Assembly: GCA_047967505.1 (NCBI GenBank)
Contig: CM106538.1
DNA length: 64,000 nucleotides
Reading direction: 5' to 3' (one strand)
Source: Dipteris shenzhenensis
Lineage: Eukaryota
Within the stretch, counting starts at the first letter, position 1. Every line of letters begins with the position of its first letter. Positions 11,489 through 23,483 of the stretch are shown in pieces. The position numbers and the translations under genes were made by a program. Below the pieces are notes generated by a model that saw nothing but the letters and a program-made list of their open reading frames with translations, had not been told where the DNA came from and ran no database searches.

Positions 11489-14400
11489 TGACAAAATATG
11501 AAGAGGGGAGAGGAGAAGAGTGGAGATGAGGAGAGAGGGCACAGCTAGAGAGCACACCACAAATGACTAACTGTACACTAGAATTAGTTGAAAAAATAGA
11601 ATATATACAAACCCTTTTAGGGTTAGGGTTAGGGGATCGAACCCTTTCCTTTATAGCACTCTATAAGGTTAGTGCTATGCACATATGATCACGTGATGGT
11701 GCTATGCACACATGATCACATGATGTTGAGCGTGAACTCTCAACACCTTCCCTCAAGATCAACATCATGAAGTAGGCCTTCCCTCAAGATGATGATTCTG
11801 GGGAATCAAAGAAGGACTGAGCATTACATTCCATCACACCCCTTTAATGGGAATGTCCTTCCTCTGCATCAAACCAAGAGCTAGTCGGTGTTTCTCGAAT
11901 AGCTCTTTACCGAGTGGTTTGGTAAAGATGTCTGCAACATTTTCTTTGCTATCACAATGCTGCAGTGTGATGTCACCAAGTAACACTCTTTCTCTAATGA
12001 AGTGCTCTCTGACATCAATGTGCTTTGTTCTGGAGTGATATACTGGATTTTTGGCCAATGCTTGAGCCGATTGATTATCACAGTATATTGTTGTTGGCTT
12101 TGACTCATCAAAGTAATCTGTTTTTGACAATAGTCTTCTGAGCCATATAGCCTCACATGCACCTATAGTGAGTGCTCTATATTCCGCTTCAGTCGAAGAC
12201 AAAGAAACAGTTGGCTGTTTGTTTGACAACCATGATATAGCACCTTGACCAAGGAAAAATGCATATCCCTGTGTCGATCTCCTGGTCTCATGATCTCCAG
12301 CATAGTCACTATCATAGTATCCATGCAACCGTGGATGACTTCCTCTGTATTCTATCCCAAACTATCTTGTACCTCTGATGTATCTCAAGACTCTTTTGGC
12401 TGCATTCCAGTGAGACTGTTTTGGATTTGCCATAAACTGTGCTAGTGAGCTTACTGCATAACAAATATCTAGCCGTGTGATTGTCAGATATATAAGAGAT
12501 CCAATGAGTTGCCTGTAGTATCTATCATTGATTGTAGGATTTTCTGAATCTTTAGTAAGTTTCAAACTCTGTTCCATGGGAGTGGCTGCAATCTTGCAAT
12601 CTGCCATATGAAACTTCTTCAAGAGACTGTCAACATATTTGAGCTGACTCATGAATGTGCTATCTAAATCTCTCCAGAACTCAATTCCAAGACAATAGTG
12701 CATAAGTCCAAGATCTTTCATGTCGAACTTTGCAGATAAGTCTTGTTTTAGTTTTCTAATGAAGCTATCCTTGCTTCCTGTCACAATCAGATCATCTACG
12801 TACAAAAGTGTAATAGTAATATCTTCCCCTTGAACTTTGTAGTAGAGAGTATGATCTGCATTGGACTTCATGTATCCCAGATCAAAAAAATACTTGTCAA
12901 TTCTGCTGTACCAACTTCTGGGTGCTTGCTTTAAGCCATAGAGACTTTTCTTGAGATGGCAAACCTTGTTCTCCTTTCCTGGTTCAACATAACCGGCTAG
13001 TTGTTGCATGTAGACTTCCTCGTCTAGATAACCATTGAGAAATGCATTTTTGACATCTAGCTGATACACGTTCCATTTACTGAGTGTTGCTAGTGATATC
13101 AAGAACCGTATGGAATCCATCTTTGCTACTGGAGCATAAGTCTCATCATAATCTTGGCCATATTGTTGTGCAAATCCTTTTGCAACTAATCTGGCTTTGT
13201 ATCTCTGAATACTGCCATCTAGATTGTACTTCACTTTGTATACCCATTTGTTGGCTATGGCCTTCTTTCCTGGTGGAAGGTCGCATAATTCCCAGTGTTA
13301 TTTTTATACAAAGCATCCATTTCTTCATTCATAGCAGTTTGCCATTCTGGCTTGTCTACTGCGTCTTCGAAGTACACTGGCTCTTCTGTAGCCATGATGG
13401 TAGTCATAAGAGCATAGTTGGTGGTTTCCACCTGAATTGCTTTGCCTTTCTGCATATGTCAATCTGGCTGGTGGTCTGCTTTCCCTAGTAGACCGTCTGA
13501 GCTGCTGTGGCGCTGCTTGGGGTGTTGCTGGCAATTCTTGCTCTTCTTCATCAACCTGTTCTGTAGGTGACTGTGAAGTCAATGCTTCTATCTCCTGTGT
13601 AGGTGAGGTTTTCCATTCTGATTCCTCATCAAAGATTACATCTCTGGAGATAATGACTTTGCGGTTGATGGGATCATACAATTTGTATGCTTTGCTTTCT
13701 TCACTGTAGCCAACCATGATGCATTTGCGTGACTTCGCATCCAATTTCCTGCGATGATCATCATGTATGTGGGCATATGCTATGCAACCAAAGATGCGGA
13801 GATGCCCAATGCGTGGCTTGTGTCCAGTGAATGCTTCATAAGGAGTCATACCTTGTATTGGTTCGGTAGGAAGCCGATTAAGCAAGTAGTTAGCTGTAGC
13901 TATTGCTTCTGCCCAATACTGATTCGGAAGATGCTTTTCACTAAGCATTGCTCTAGCACTGTCTGCTAAAGTCCCATTCTTCCTTTCAGCTCTTGCATTT
14001 TGCTGAGGAGTATCTGCACATGTGAATTGTCTTCGAATGCCATGATTTTTGCAAAAGTTCATGAATGCTGAAGACATGTATTCACCTCCTCTGTCTGATC
14101 TCATGACCTTAATCTTTCTGCCTGTTTGGTTTTCTACCATGGCTTTGAATTCTTGAAATCTGGCAAACACTTCAGATTTCTCTTTCAGAAAGTAGACCCA
14201 ACAATATCTATTGTAGTCATCGATGAAGGTCAAGTAATAAAGTGAACCATTGATGCTGCGGGTCTGGGCATAATCCCATACATCTGTATGAATCAAATCA
14301 AGAATACATCGTGCACGAGAGGTACTTCTGACAAAGTTGGTTCGCTTTTGTTTGCCGAAGCAGCATGCTTCACAAACTTTTCCAAGAAACTGTAGCTTTG

Positions 14401-16294
14401 GAATCCCAATTGCCATATTCTGATTCCTTAGATCTAACAAGTACTTGAAGTTGACATGACCATATCTCTTGTGCCATTTTGCAGATAGTGGCATCTGTTG
14501 CATTTGAGCTAACATGGCATGCTTATCTGGTACTGTAGCTAGCATCCTGTATAAGCGTCCTTCCTTGACACCTTTTGCTACTAGCTGACCTCTTTTGGAT
14601 TTGTCTCTGATAGTGCATTCATCACCGTCGAAGATGACTTTGTAGTTGTGTTCCGTCATTTGCCCTACTGACAAAAGGTTCTTGCTGAGCTTTGAAACAT
14701 AGAGCACATCTTTGACTAATCCTTTTGTACCAGTGAAATTGTTCATAGGGATAACCCCTGTCCCTTGAACCGGATTCGGTGTATTGTCTGCTGTGTAGAT
14801 GACATTATTTTGTCCTTCTAATGGCTTCATTTCTGTGAACCATTCCTGATGATTTGTCATATGAGATGATGCACCGCTGTCGATGTACCAAGGATCTTGT
14901 TCCACTTGGTCGACTTGATAGCTGAAATCTTCTTTGGGATTGAAATCAGTGTCTAGGTGCATTGTATCAGTCTGATGCAATTCCTCACTTGCAAGAAACA
15001 TATTTCCATGTTCATTTGCGAAATGACTGTGACTAGAATGTCCACCACGATGATTTCCTCTTCCTCGGGAATTCCCTCGATTACTGCTGGATTGACCGCC
15101 TTGGTCATATTGCTTCTTGCGGCAATCTCTTTCATAGTGTCCAAACTTGTGACAATAGTTGCATTGAATGTTTGACACATTGGTGGATGCATTCCCTCGT
15201 CCTTGGAATCTTCCTCGGTTGGAATGATTTCCTCTTTGCTGATTTTGGTGTTGTTGAGGATGATGCTGATGCTGATGCTGATTTTGACTTTGTTGATGAT
15301 GACCACTTTTCTGATATGATCCACCTCTGTTTCTGCCTTTGCCTCTGCTTCTGTCTGAAGCTGTGAATGCCTGATCATTAGAATGACCTTTATGTGCTTG
15401 AATGGCCTGAGTCCTGAGTTCTTCACTAAGTAGAACTGACTGAAGTTCTTCCAGTGTTGGAATTTGCCGTTGGATGGCAATACTCTGGACTAGATTCTCA
15501 TATCCTTTTCCTAGTCCATTCAGGATTACTTGAACCATTTCTGCGGGATTCATAGTCTCTCCTCTCTCCTGCTGCTGCAAGTTGATTGTTGTAGTCTTTG
15601 ATGCGGAGTACATAAGCATGACCGGTTTCACTGCTGTTGCGGAAACTCTGGTTGATCTGGTTTCTCAAGGTGAGAATCCTGGATGTGTTCTTGGACTCGT
15701 AGAGAGCTGCGAACATATCCCATGCTTCTTTTGATGTCTTGACTGTGTTGAGCTATCCTAGCATGACATCTTGCACATTCTACTTGATCAGGTGATAGGC
15801 ATACTTGTCTTTCTTATCCCATTCTGCTTGAGCTATTCTGCTTGAGCTCGGGCAATGGCAGGATCTGCTACTGGTGTGGAAACTGATGGTGTAGATGTAG
15901 ATCCCATTGTAGATTCCGTTGCTGGTGCTGTGACAACAGATGGAGTAGAGCTACTGGTGGCTGGATCGGCCAATGGTCTAGGTATAGATCCATCGACATA
16001 CTCCCATTTGTCCTGAAGCACAAGAATGGTCTCCATTCGGTATTTCCATGTACCGTAATTGGAGAAGAGTGGAGATGAGGAGAGAGGGCACAGCTAGAGA
16101 GCACATCACAAATGACTAACTCTACACTAGATTTAGTTGAAAAAATAGAATATATACAAACCCTTTTAGGGTTAGGGTTAGGGGATCTAACCCTTTCCTT
16201 TATAGCACTCTATAAGGTTAGTGCTATGCACATATGATCACGTGATGGTGCTATGCACACATGATCACATGATGTTGAGCGTGAACTCTCAACA
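11489..16294 (-). mobile_element. Young Ty1/copia element, family B, nested in A1 gag; TSD GCACA
   Basis: TSD GCACA at 11484-11488 and 16295-16299. LTRs at 11489-11745 and 16061-16294, with 4 mismatches counted over 234 bp. Gag-PR-IN-RT-RNase H ORFs lie on the minus strand. Confidence 0.97.
11834..16060 (-). pseudogene. Copia gag-pol polyprotein of element B, broken by a few frameshifts and stops
   Basis: Zinc knuckle CNYCHKFGHYERDC, protease WYIDSGAS, integrase HKRYGH/CEAC and RSDRGGEY, RT LLYVDDLI, RNase H SSTEAEY...[10 protein letters not shown] (ORFs 13325-15631, 12362-13234, 11834-12328). Confidence 0.95.
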
Positions 16295-17282
16295 GCACAT
16301 ACCTAATGTGTTCTTTCCACAAAGAAAAGTTCGTCCCATCAAACTTTTTAATGCTGAAAAACTCATTTTCAGACATAAAAGACGATGCCATGATGCAAAT
16401 AAAGCAAAATCACAAATGCTAGTGCCTGCAAGAAGGAATCACACCAAATACCAGGTGCACCCAAATATGTATGCCGCAATGGAGGGAAATATCACCAAAA
16501 ACTCGAAGGATCAAAGGCTAAAAGCATAAAAAAATACAACTAACTCATGTGCATATACTATGCATCCATATGAGCAAATCTAGCCCAAAAGAAAACGTCA
16601 ACCTGCAATGACAATGGCAAACTCAATGCCAACAAGAGCCAAATGCGCCAAGCATAAATATCATCCATGGGCATAAGCATCAATAATGTCCCATCCAAGA
16701 GAGCATATCACTATTAGTGCATCAACTGCAATGTGTCAAAGCTATCCTTGAGCATAAAATAGCATGTGTGTGCTAAACGTCTATCAATAAAGCAGCCTAC
16801 AAGGCAATCTTGGCCTATCAGTGCATCCAAAAAGGATTGCAATTTGCATCCAAATGTCCTGTAAAGCATCCACTACAACCCAATACACACCACAAATGAG
16901 CGCACATGGCTTAAACTGGAACTAGAGTGATTTGCATAAGGTATGCTCAAAATCATGGCCTCAAGGCAATGGTCGATACTGTAAAGAAAATATAATATTT
17001 CTCATAAACATGAATGTTACTGCATATCTAGACTCAGTGATGCAATTTGAACATTTCTCCTTTCTATCGCAACTCCAAAATCTTATCCGGTGAGAGAGTA
17101 AAAGCCAGGCAACCATTGCAATTGACTTGAAATTGAACCTTTGAATGATTTTCTAACAGAGAGAAAAAGGAGACAATTTGATGCCTCAAAGAGATAGAGC
17201 TTCTCCAAATCTCCAATGAGATCATGCAAGAATTGACAGGTAGGGATATTCGAACCTCCGGAATGCAATGGAACAGACGGTT

Positions 17283-20172
17283 TTAGTCAAAAAAACTCAA
17301 ATGCAGCACATAACCCAAACGGCATAAGAGTTTCATTCCATTATGGCTCATGTGCCCCAACCTGCAATGCCACAAAGAAGTACTTGGATGCTCGGTTATT
17401 GCAAGAACATGATCAGACACCCCTGATACGTGTAAGGATACAATGTCCCACACTTGGCACCCCTTGCCAAAACCATAGAGCCCTTTTGAATTTTCCAAAT
17501 CTGAAAGCCAAACGTGGTCTGAAAACCAGCATCATCTAGCTAACCCATTGAAATAAGACTCTTAGTCAGTTTAGGCACATGTCTCATATTTTTCAAAACA
17601 AATGCAGACCATTTGCAAAAGAAACTTTATGTCACGTGCTCCCACTATGTCACATGCATAGTTATTTCCAAGATGCACACAACCTGTCTTTCCATTGTCA
17701 TACGTGGAGAACCATTCCCTATGGGGAGTAACATGGAATGAAGCACTAGAATCCAAAATCCAATCCTGAGAATATGCATCATCTGAAGTGGTAAGCAAGT
17801 CTGCAGGTAGACTAGACATGAAGAGAATGTCATTGTCACTATCATCATGACTACATTAATCTCCTCGATCTTCATCTTTCCTTTGTCCTCCCTTGAACTC
17901 TCTTCCTTCTTATTTGCACCCCAATTTGCATTCGTTTTCTTATCCTTTTTCTCTCTTTTCAGCTTTTAGCAATCCTTTTTCATGTGGCCCTTCTTGCCAC
18001 AGTGGTAACACCCAATGTTTCGTGCCCTGGATTTGCTATGAGACTTCCCTCTTTCTTGGGACTTCCCCTTGAACTGTGATTTGCCCCTTTGCACATTTAA
18101 GGCTGCATCCTGCTTGTTGCCATCCATAGACTTCCATCTAATCTCCTCGGCCAACAAGCTACCCACAACCTCATCAAACTTTAGTACTCCGCCAGGTGCA
18201 AAGTTACTGATAGATGTACGGAAGGTATCCCATGAGGATGGCAATGAACATAAGAGAAATATTGCCTTAGTCTCCACATCAAAATTCATCGTCTGAGCCT
18301 GAAGCTGGCTGAAAATAATATTGAATTCATTCAAGTGAGAAGCAATGGAGACCTCTTCCTTCATCTATAGCTCAAACAAGCTCTTCATGAGGTAAACTTT
18401 ATTAGAGGCAGTTTCCTTCTCATAAGTGGCACATAATTTCTTCCACAAATCTTCCGTAGTCTGCTCATTTACTACTATGAAATAAATTGACTCTGCAAGA
18501 TGAAGTCTAATAGTAGACTTTGCTAATGCATCCAACTCATTCCAATCATCCTCAGACATATCCGCAGGCTTAGCTTCAATCCCTACCAAGGGTTTAATCT
18601 GCTTCTTTTGAATAAGCACATCCCTTATCTGTTCTTTCCACAAAGAAAAGTTTGTCCCATCGAACTTTTCAATGCTAAACAACTCCTTTTCAAACATGGA
18701 AGAGGATGCCATGATATAAATGAAACAAAATCCCAAATGCTAGTACCTCCAAGAGAGAAATCACACCAAATACTAGATGCACCCAATATGTATGCCTTAA
18801 TAAAGGATAGTGTTACCAAAACTCAAAGCTCAAAGCATCAAAAAATGCATCTGACTCATGTGCATATACTATGCATCCATATGAGCAAATCTGGCCCAAA
18901 AGAAAATGTCAACCCATAATGACAAAACACTGGCAAATATAACGCCAATAAGAGCCAAGTGCCTCAAGCATAATCATCGTCCATGGGCATAAGCATCAAT
19001 AATGTCTTATCTAAGAGATCATAACACAACATGTGCATCCACCACAATATGTCAAAGCTGTCCCTTAGCATAAACTAGCATCTGTGTGCTAAACATCCAT
19101 CAATAAAGCATCCCACAAGGTAATCTGGGCCTATCAGTGCATCCAACAAGGATCACAATGCATCCAAATGGCCTGTAAAGCATTCATTGCAACCCAATGT
19201 AAACCACAAATGAGTGCACATGGCTCAGACTACAACCAAAGTGATCTACATAAGATATATCTAAGAAATCACTACCCCACGGCAATGACTGCTAGTGAAA
19301 ATAGAACCTGGGATGTCTCAAAAAATGGGGCATCACTGCATAATCGAACTCAGCAAGACAATCTGCAAATATCTCTCTTCTACCACAACTCCAAAATCTC
19401 ATCCAAGGATGGAGTAAGAGCTAGTCAACCCTTGCATTTCTTTGCAAAAATGAACCTTAGGAAACTTAACCTTAGCCAAAATGCCACATGGCAACAATCA
19501 ATGAGAAGGTCTTAGAAACTTTGAGAAATTTCCTTCAAAGAGACGATGGAAAAACATAGAGAATCACAACTCCCTCGATTCTTCACGGAATAGCAAGCAG
19601 CTTTGTAGGCATATGTTTCAAGCGGTCCCAGATCCAACGGGATAGACAGCCCTGCAAATGGAGGCCCGGATGTTGAGTTTCCACTCACACAAGAAATGAC
19701 GGAATGAAGACGTTGGAGTAGACAGAGCTTCACTACAGCTTCAGAACTTCACAGAATTGGAAGTAGCTTCACAGGTAGAAGTTTTGGACTGCTATGAATC
19801 CACTGGGAGTGTCTAATCTACAAATGGTGGCTTGGATATCGAGATCCAACACACAAAATCCGTGCAAGAAATTGAATTTTGTCACTTTTTGCAGGAGCTG
19901 TAACTTTTCACTGAAAACTCGAATGACAAAGATGTAAAAACAAAAAATGAAGTACTCAAAGTTTTCTACAACTTTGATTTAGATCTCAAGGCAAGATTCA
20001 GCTAGCAATAGACTTTGGGCTCCAGGCTCACACTCGAGCTCAACTAGAACACCCGTGCTCTGATACCAATTGAGAGATCTCAACAATGGAATCTTCTATG
20101 TCATCCATATATATATGTGTTTGAGTATTGTACATAATTGGGGTTAAGGTATAGTGGCCTTTAACCCCCATA
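17283..20172 (-). mobile_element. Copia family A copy A2: 5' half only (5' LTR, PBS, leader, gag, protease)
   Basis: tRNA-Met primer-binding site (PBS) complement GCTCTGATACCA at 20057-20068. The LTR at 20071-20172 has an ~80-bp internal deletion. Gag ORFs 18365-18736 and 17966-18364. Fused directly to the A1 leader at ~17283. Confidence 0.9.
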
Positions 20173-20381
20173 GATTTATCATCTGCATCTAGTTATCCTT
20201 GGATACTAAGTTCTTAATGTCCTTCCAATGAACACTAATAGGATGTAACCACTATGAGATAGTGTCTAGCAAGCATTGAGGAGGTCTAGTGGCCTAGGGC
20301 GTACAGACATGTAAGATAAAGGATTCTTTCATGGAAGGGTAACAGCCATTTATGGATAAGGGGAGTTAGAAAAATAGTTGT

Positions 20382-21141
20382 TGTGGGGGTTAAACGCCAC
20401 TGTACTTTAACCTCTGTTTGTACAATACTCAAATACATATATAAATGAATGATAAAGAAGATTAGGGTGTTCTGCAACCACCAAAACTTGTGTGTCTCTC
20501 TTTTGGATCTCCCTCTCTCTCACCCTCTTCCGATCTGTTTCCATTGAGAGCACACTCAAGTGGTATCAGAGCCCTAGTGGTCTATCTAATGCTTGTGAGT
20601 GGTCTACTAGCTGAGCCTGTGTGTGTGCCTAGAGCCTAGAGTATGCTATTGCAGCTCTGTGGGAGGATGGAGCAAGCTTGTGGGTGCTTGTTTGAGCTAC
20701 CCAAGTGGTATTGGAACCTTGTAGAAGCCTGTAAGTGGTTTTTGGAAGTCTATGGGTTGTTTTTGCAAGCTTGTAGGTGGTTTTGGAGCCAAAAGACGTT
20801 TTTTGATGATTCCCTTATTCCTCTTGACAACAACTAAGAGTCCAAAATGAACTGTAGGGGAAACCATTGCCTATTTTTGGTGTCCATTGCACTTTGGGAG
20901 TTTGAAAACCCCTTCATCCTTGAATTTGGGATCATTTTGGATTTTTGATTCACTGTCTCTGCTTCAACGTTTTTTTGCTAGTGTGTTGGAACTCAAGTTT
21001 GAAGAAATCATTCGTAGCTCTATCAGTTCCAATGGAATCAAGAGATCCGAAAACTTTTATCTTGCTCATCATTTGCACTCCGGTGGTATAGATTTGTTTG
21101 CAAAAAGGTTTTTTGGTCCGTGTGTTGGACCTGGTGATTGA
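20382..21141 (+). mobile_element. Copia family A 5' fragment on the + strand (5' LTR 20382-20558, PBS, partial leader)
   Basis: TGTGGGGGTTAAA...CACTCA then TGGTATCAGAGC at 20561-20572. The leader matches the reverse complement of the copy D leader (~51760-52060). Confidence 0.88.
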
Positions 21142-22229
21142 AAAGAAGTGGTTATCCTTGTAAACTAATAAACCACAACAACCAATAAAGGCACTGTGAT
21201 TGTCATGTATAGTTCAATTGGAAGATGAACTTGGAGAGCATGACTCCTTGCTGGATTTTGTAGGCCAAGAGCGCAACATCAAGGCAAAGAAAGGAGAGGG
21301 TGCATCTACATCGACTCAAGGGCAGCAGGCCCTATTGAGATGACACTAGTGAGGGAGAGAGTGTTCATTGTGGTTGTGAAAGTGATCAACTACTCCATAT
21401 CTACTATATTGGGCTAAGGCTTATCACAACTTCAAGTCAATGAATGCGCGGGAGATTTATGGGAGGAGATTGAGGTAATGAGATTCCAAGATAATAACCT
21501 TTAAGTAGGAGGCAAGTCACAAATGTAGCTAAAAAATGGAGGCATATTATGACACACAATGTGATTGATGAGCCTATGATTGGAGTTGTTCATGCTAATG
21601 CAAATCAAAATGAACTCACAACCACAATTGGACACAAAATTCTCCCTGCATAATGCTGATGAGAGTTTCTAGTCAACGTGTAGCTAAGATCATTGAACCA
21701 ATATTTAAGAGAAATAGAAAGGAGGAAAACAATATTGGGGGTGAAAAACATAATTCAGTTGGCCCAAACAGGGAATTTTCAATCAAGTTGTGTAACAATG
21801 TTGAAGAAGATTCAAATTTTGTCATGAGGAGAAATTTGGAGGTGCCCGTCATATGAGAGTTCACCTACTTGACTTTGTAAATAATTGCATTATACTCTAA
21901 GCATAGCTCTAGTCTGCAACAATTTGATAGTTACTAATTAGAAGATAAGCTAGAGGAAAATGGAAAAAGCTAAGAAGAACAATTTGGAAATTTATGAGCA
22001 ATAGTTTTAACACTGCATCTCCCATCATTCCAATGTTGCATCTCAAAATCCAATCATAAAACCTGGGACAAGTATTGAGGCTACTCAAGCCCATTTTCAT
22101 AGTCTGGATGCAAGTCTCAATCAAGGTATCATGAAACACATGTATCTAGACCACATAGATCTAGAGTAAGTATAAGGAGTGGAATTCAAAGCATGATGAA
22201 GCCATCAATTATCAAGAATATTCAAATCC

Positions 22230-23483
22230 CAGACTTGGAGATGGCTCAATACATTCTTGATCAATAAATTTTGTGTTCTAGTTATCCATTGAGTATGGTT
22301 GATAATGCAGACATGCAAGGTGCATGTAATTGCATTACATGGTATGGTCTAGGTTCCTTATAATGCCTTGCAAAAAAATACTAGAAAAGCATACGCTGAG
22401 CAAAAATATCACATCAACCATATTATTTTTCTAGGTCTTACATAACATCGAATCGAAACTTTTTTTAATGGATCAACGAATAAAAAAAGATATCTGTTAT
22501 ATTGAATGTGATGATTGTATCACTAAGTGGAGAGGCCTTTCCTAGATCCATTGATTCACAAAATGAAACAAAGTATATGTCTCACATAGTTAGTATTTTG
22601 ATAGAAACCATAAGGAAGATAGGGCCAAACAAAGTTGCATAGATTGTCATGGACAATGTGAAGAGTTGTAAAAAGGTTAGTAGACTATTACAAAGAGAGT
22701 TCCAACATTTGTATGTATTAGTGTACTAAACTCACACATTGACCTTGGTGTTGAAAGATTGGTACAAGCATGTGCCGTGCTCATACATATTGCTCATAAA
22801 ATTGCTAAGCTCGTACAATCATGTTAATGGCTTCAAACAATATATAGTTCATAAGTTAGATCCACAATGTTACAATTGCCTTCAATAAAAAGAATATTCA
22901 TGCACTTTTACCATTACAATCATTGATAAACAATAAGGTCTTTTTGCTTGAGACATCCTAGTGACATTTTTCAAAGATGGGGGTCTAAACTAGGGAACAG
23001 ACTAGTTAGAGATGAATGTGATAGTATGAAAGAAAAGATAGCATCACCATAATTGTGGAGCTCTTTTCAAGATGCCGTGTATCTTTGCACCAAGATCTCT
23101 AATCTCAAAGGCCCCAAATACTCAAAAGCTTGGATGCCCTCGTAGAGCATAGAGCATAGAGCAAGAACCCATTACTAGAAAGCTATCAATGTGTCCAAAT
23201 GAGAAGAATGTTAGAAGGCCTTCAATGCACAAAAATGGAGGGAAATGTGTAGTTTATTTAGAAAGAAATGGGATAAATCTCATTGTCCACTACATAGTAT
23301 TAGAACTCCTTGATTCAGAGTGTTGGAGCATGAATTCCAAAGAGTTTCCTTAACTCATGAATGATTTCTATAAAGTGATTTGAGCATATTATCCATAGAA
23401 TTCTGTGAATACTAAGTGTCATAATGAGCTAGCTAAGTATAGTGCAAGACGGGTTTATTTACATCTACCAATGTACAATAACT
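22230..23483 (+). pseudogene. hAT-superfamily transposase relic (DUF659-type core)
   Basis: Translation at ~22500-22770 is LNVMIVSLSGEAFPRSIDSQNETK...ETIRKIGPNKVA*IVMDNVKSCKK...THTLTLVLKDW, matching plant hAT 'EEVGPENVVQVVTDNA...AHCLDLMLED'. Later motifs are RKKWDKSHCPLH and ELAKY. Confidence 0.8.

Larger units (their letters stand above)
6683..17284 (-). mobile_element. Ty1/copia element, family A copy A1 (degenerate; own 5' LTR missing; carries two nested insertions)
   Basis: 3' LTR 6683-6865 (TG...CA) followed by the PPT complement ACCTCCCACT. Minus-strand fragments of RNase H, RT ([20 protein letters not shown]), integrase, protease (WILDSSAS) and gag zinc knuckle (CYHCGKKGYMKKDC). The gag N-terminus and 5' leader resume at 16300. 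Confidence 0.92.

Noticed and set aside
20057-20068. tRNA-Met-complementary 12-mers (also 20561, 23774, 35977, 57230)
   Set aside because: They are retrotransposon primer-binding sites, not tRNA genes.
6683-20172. A1 plus A2 as one intact element
   Set aside because: The flanks differ (ATACA versus GATTT) and gag plus leader occur twice, so this is a fusion of two copies.
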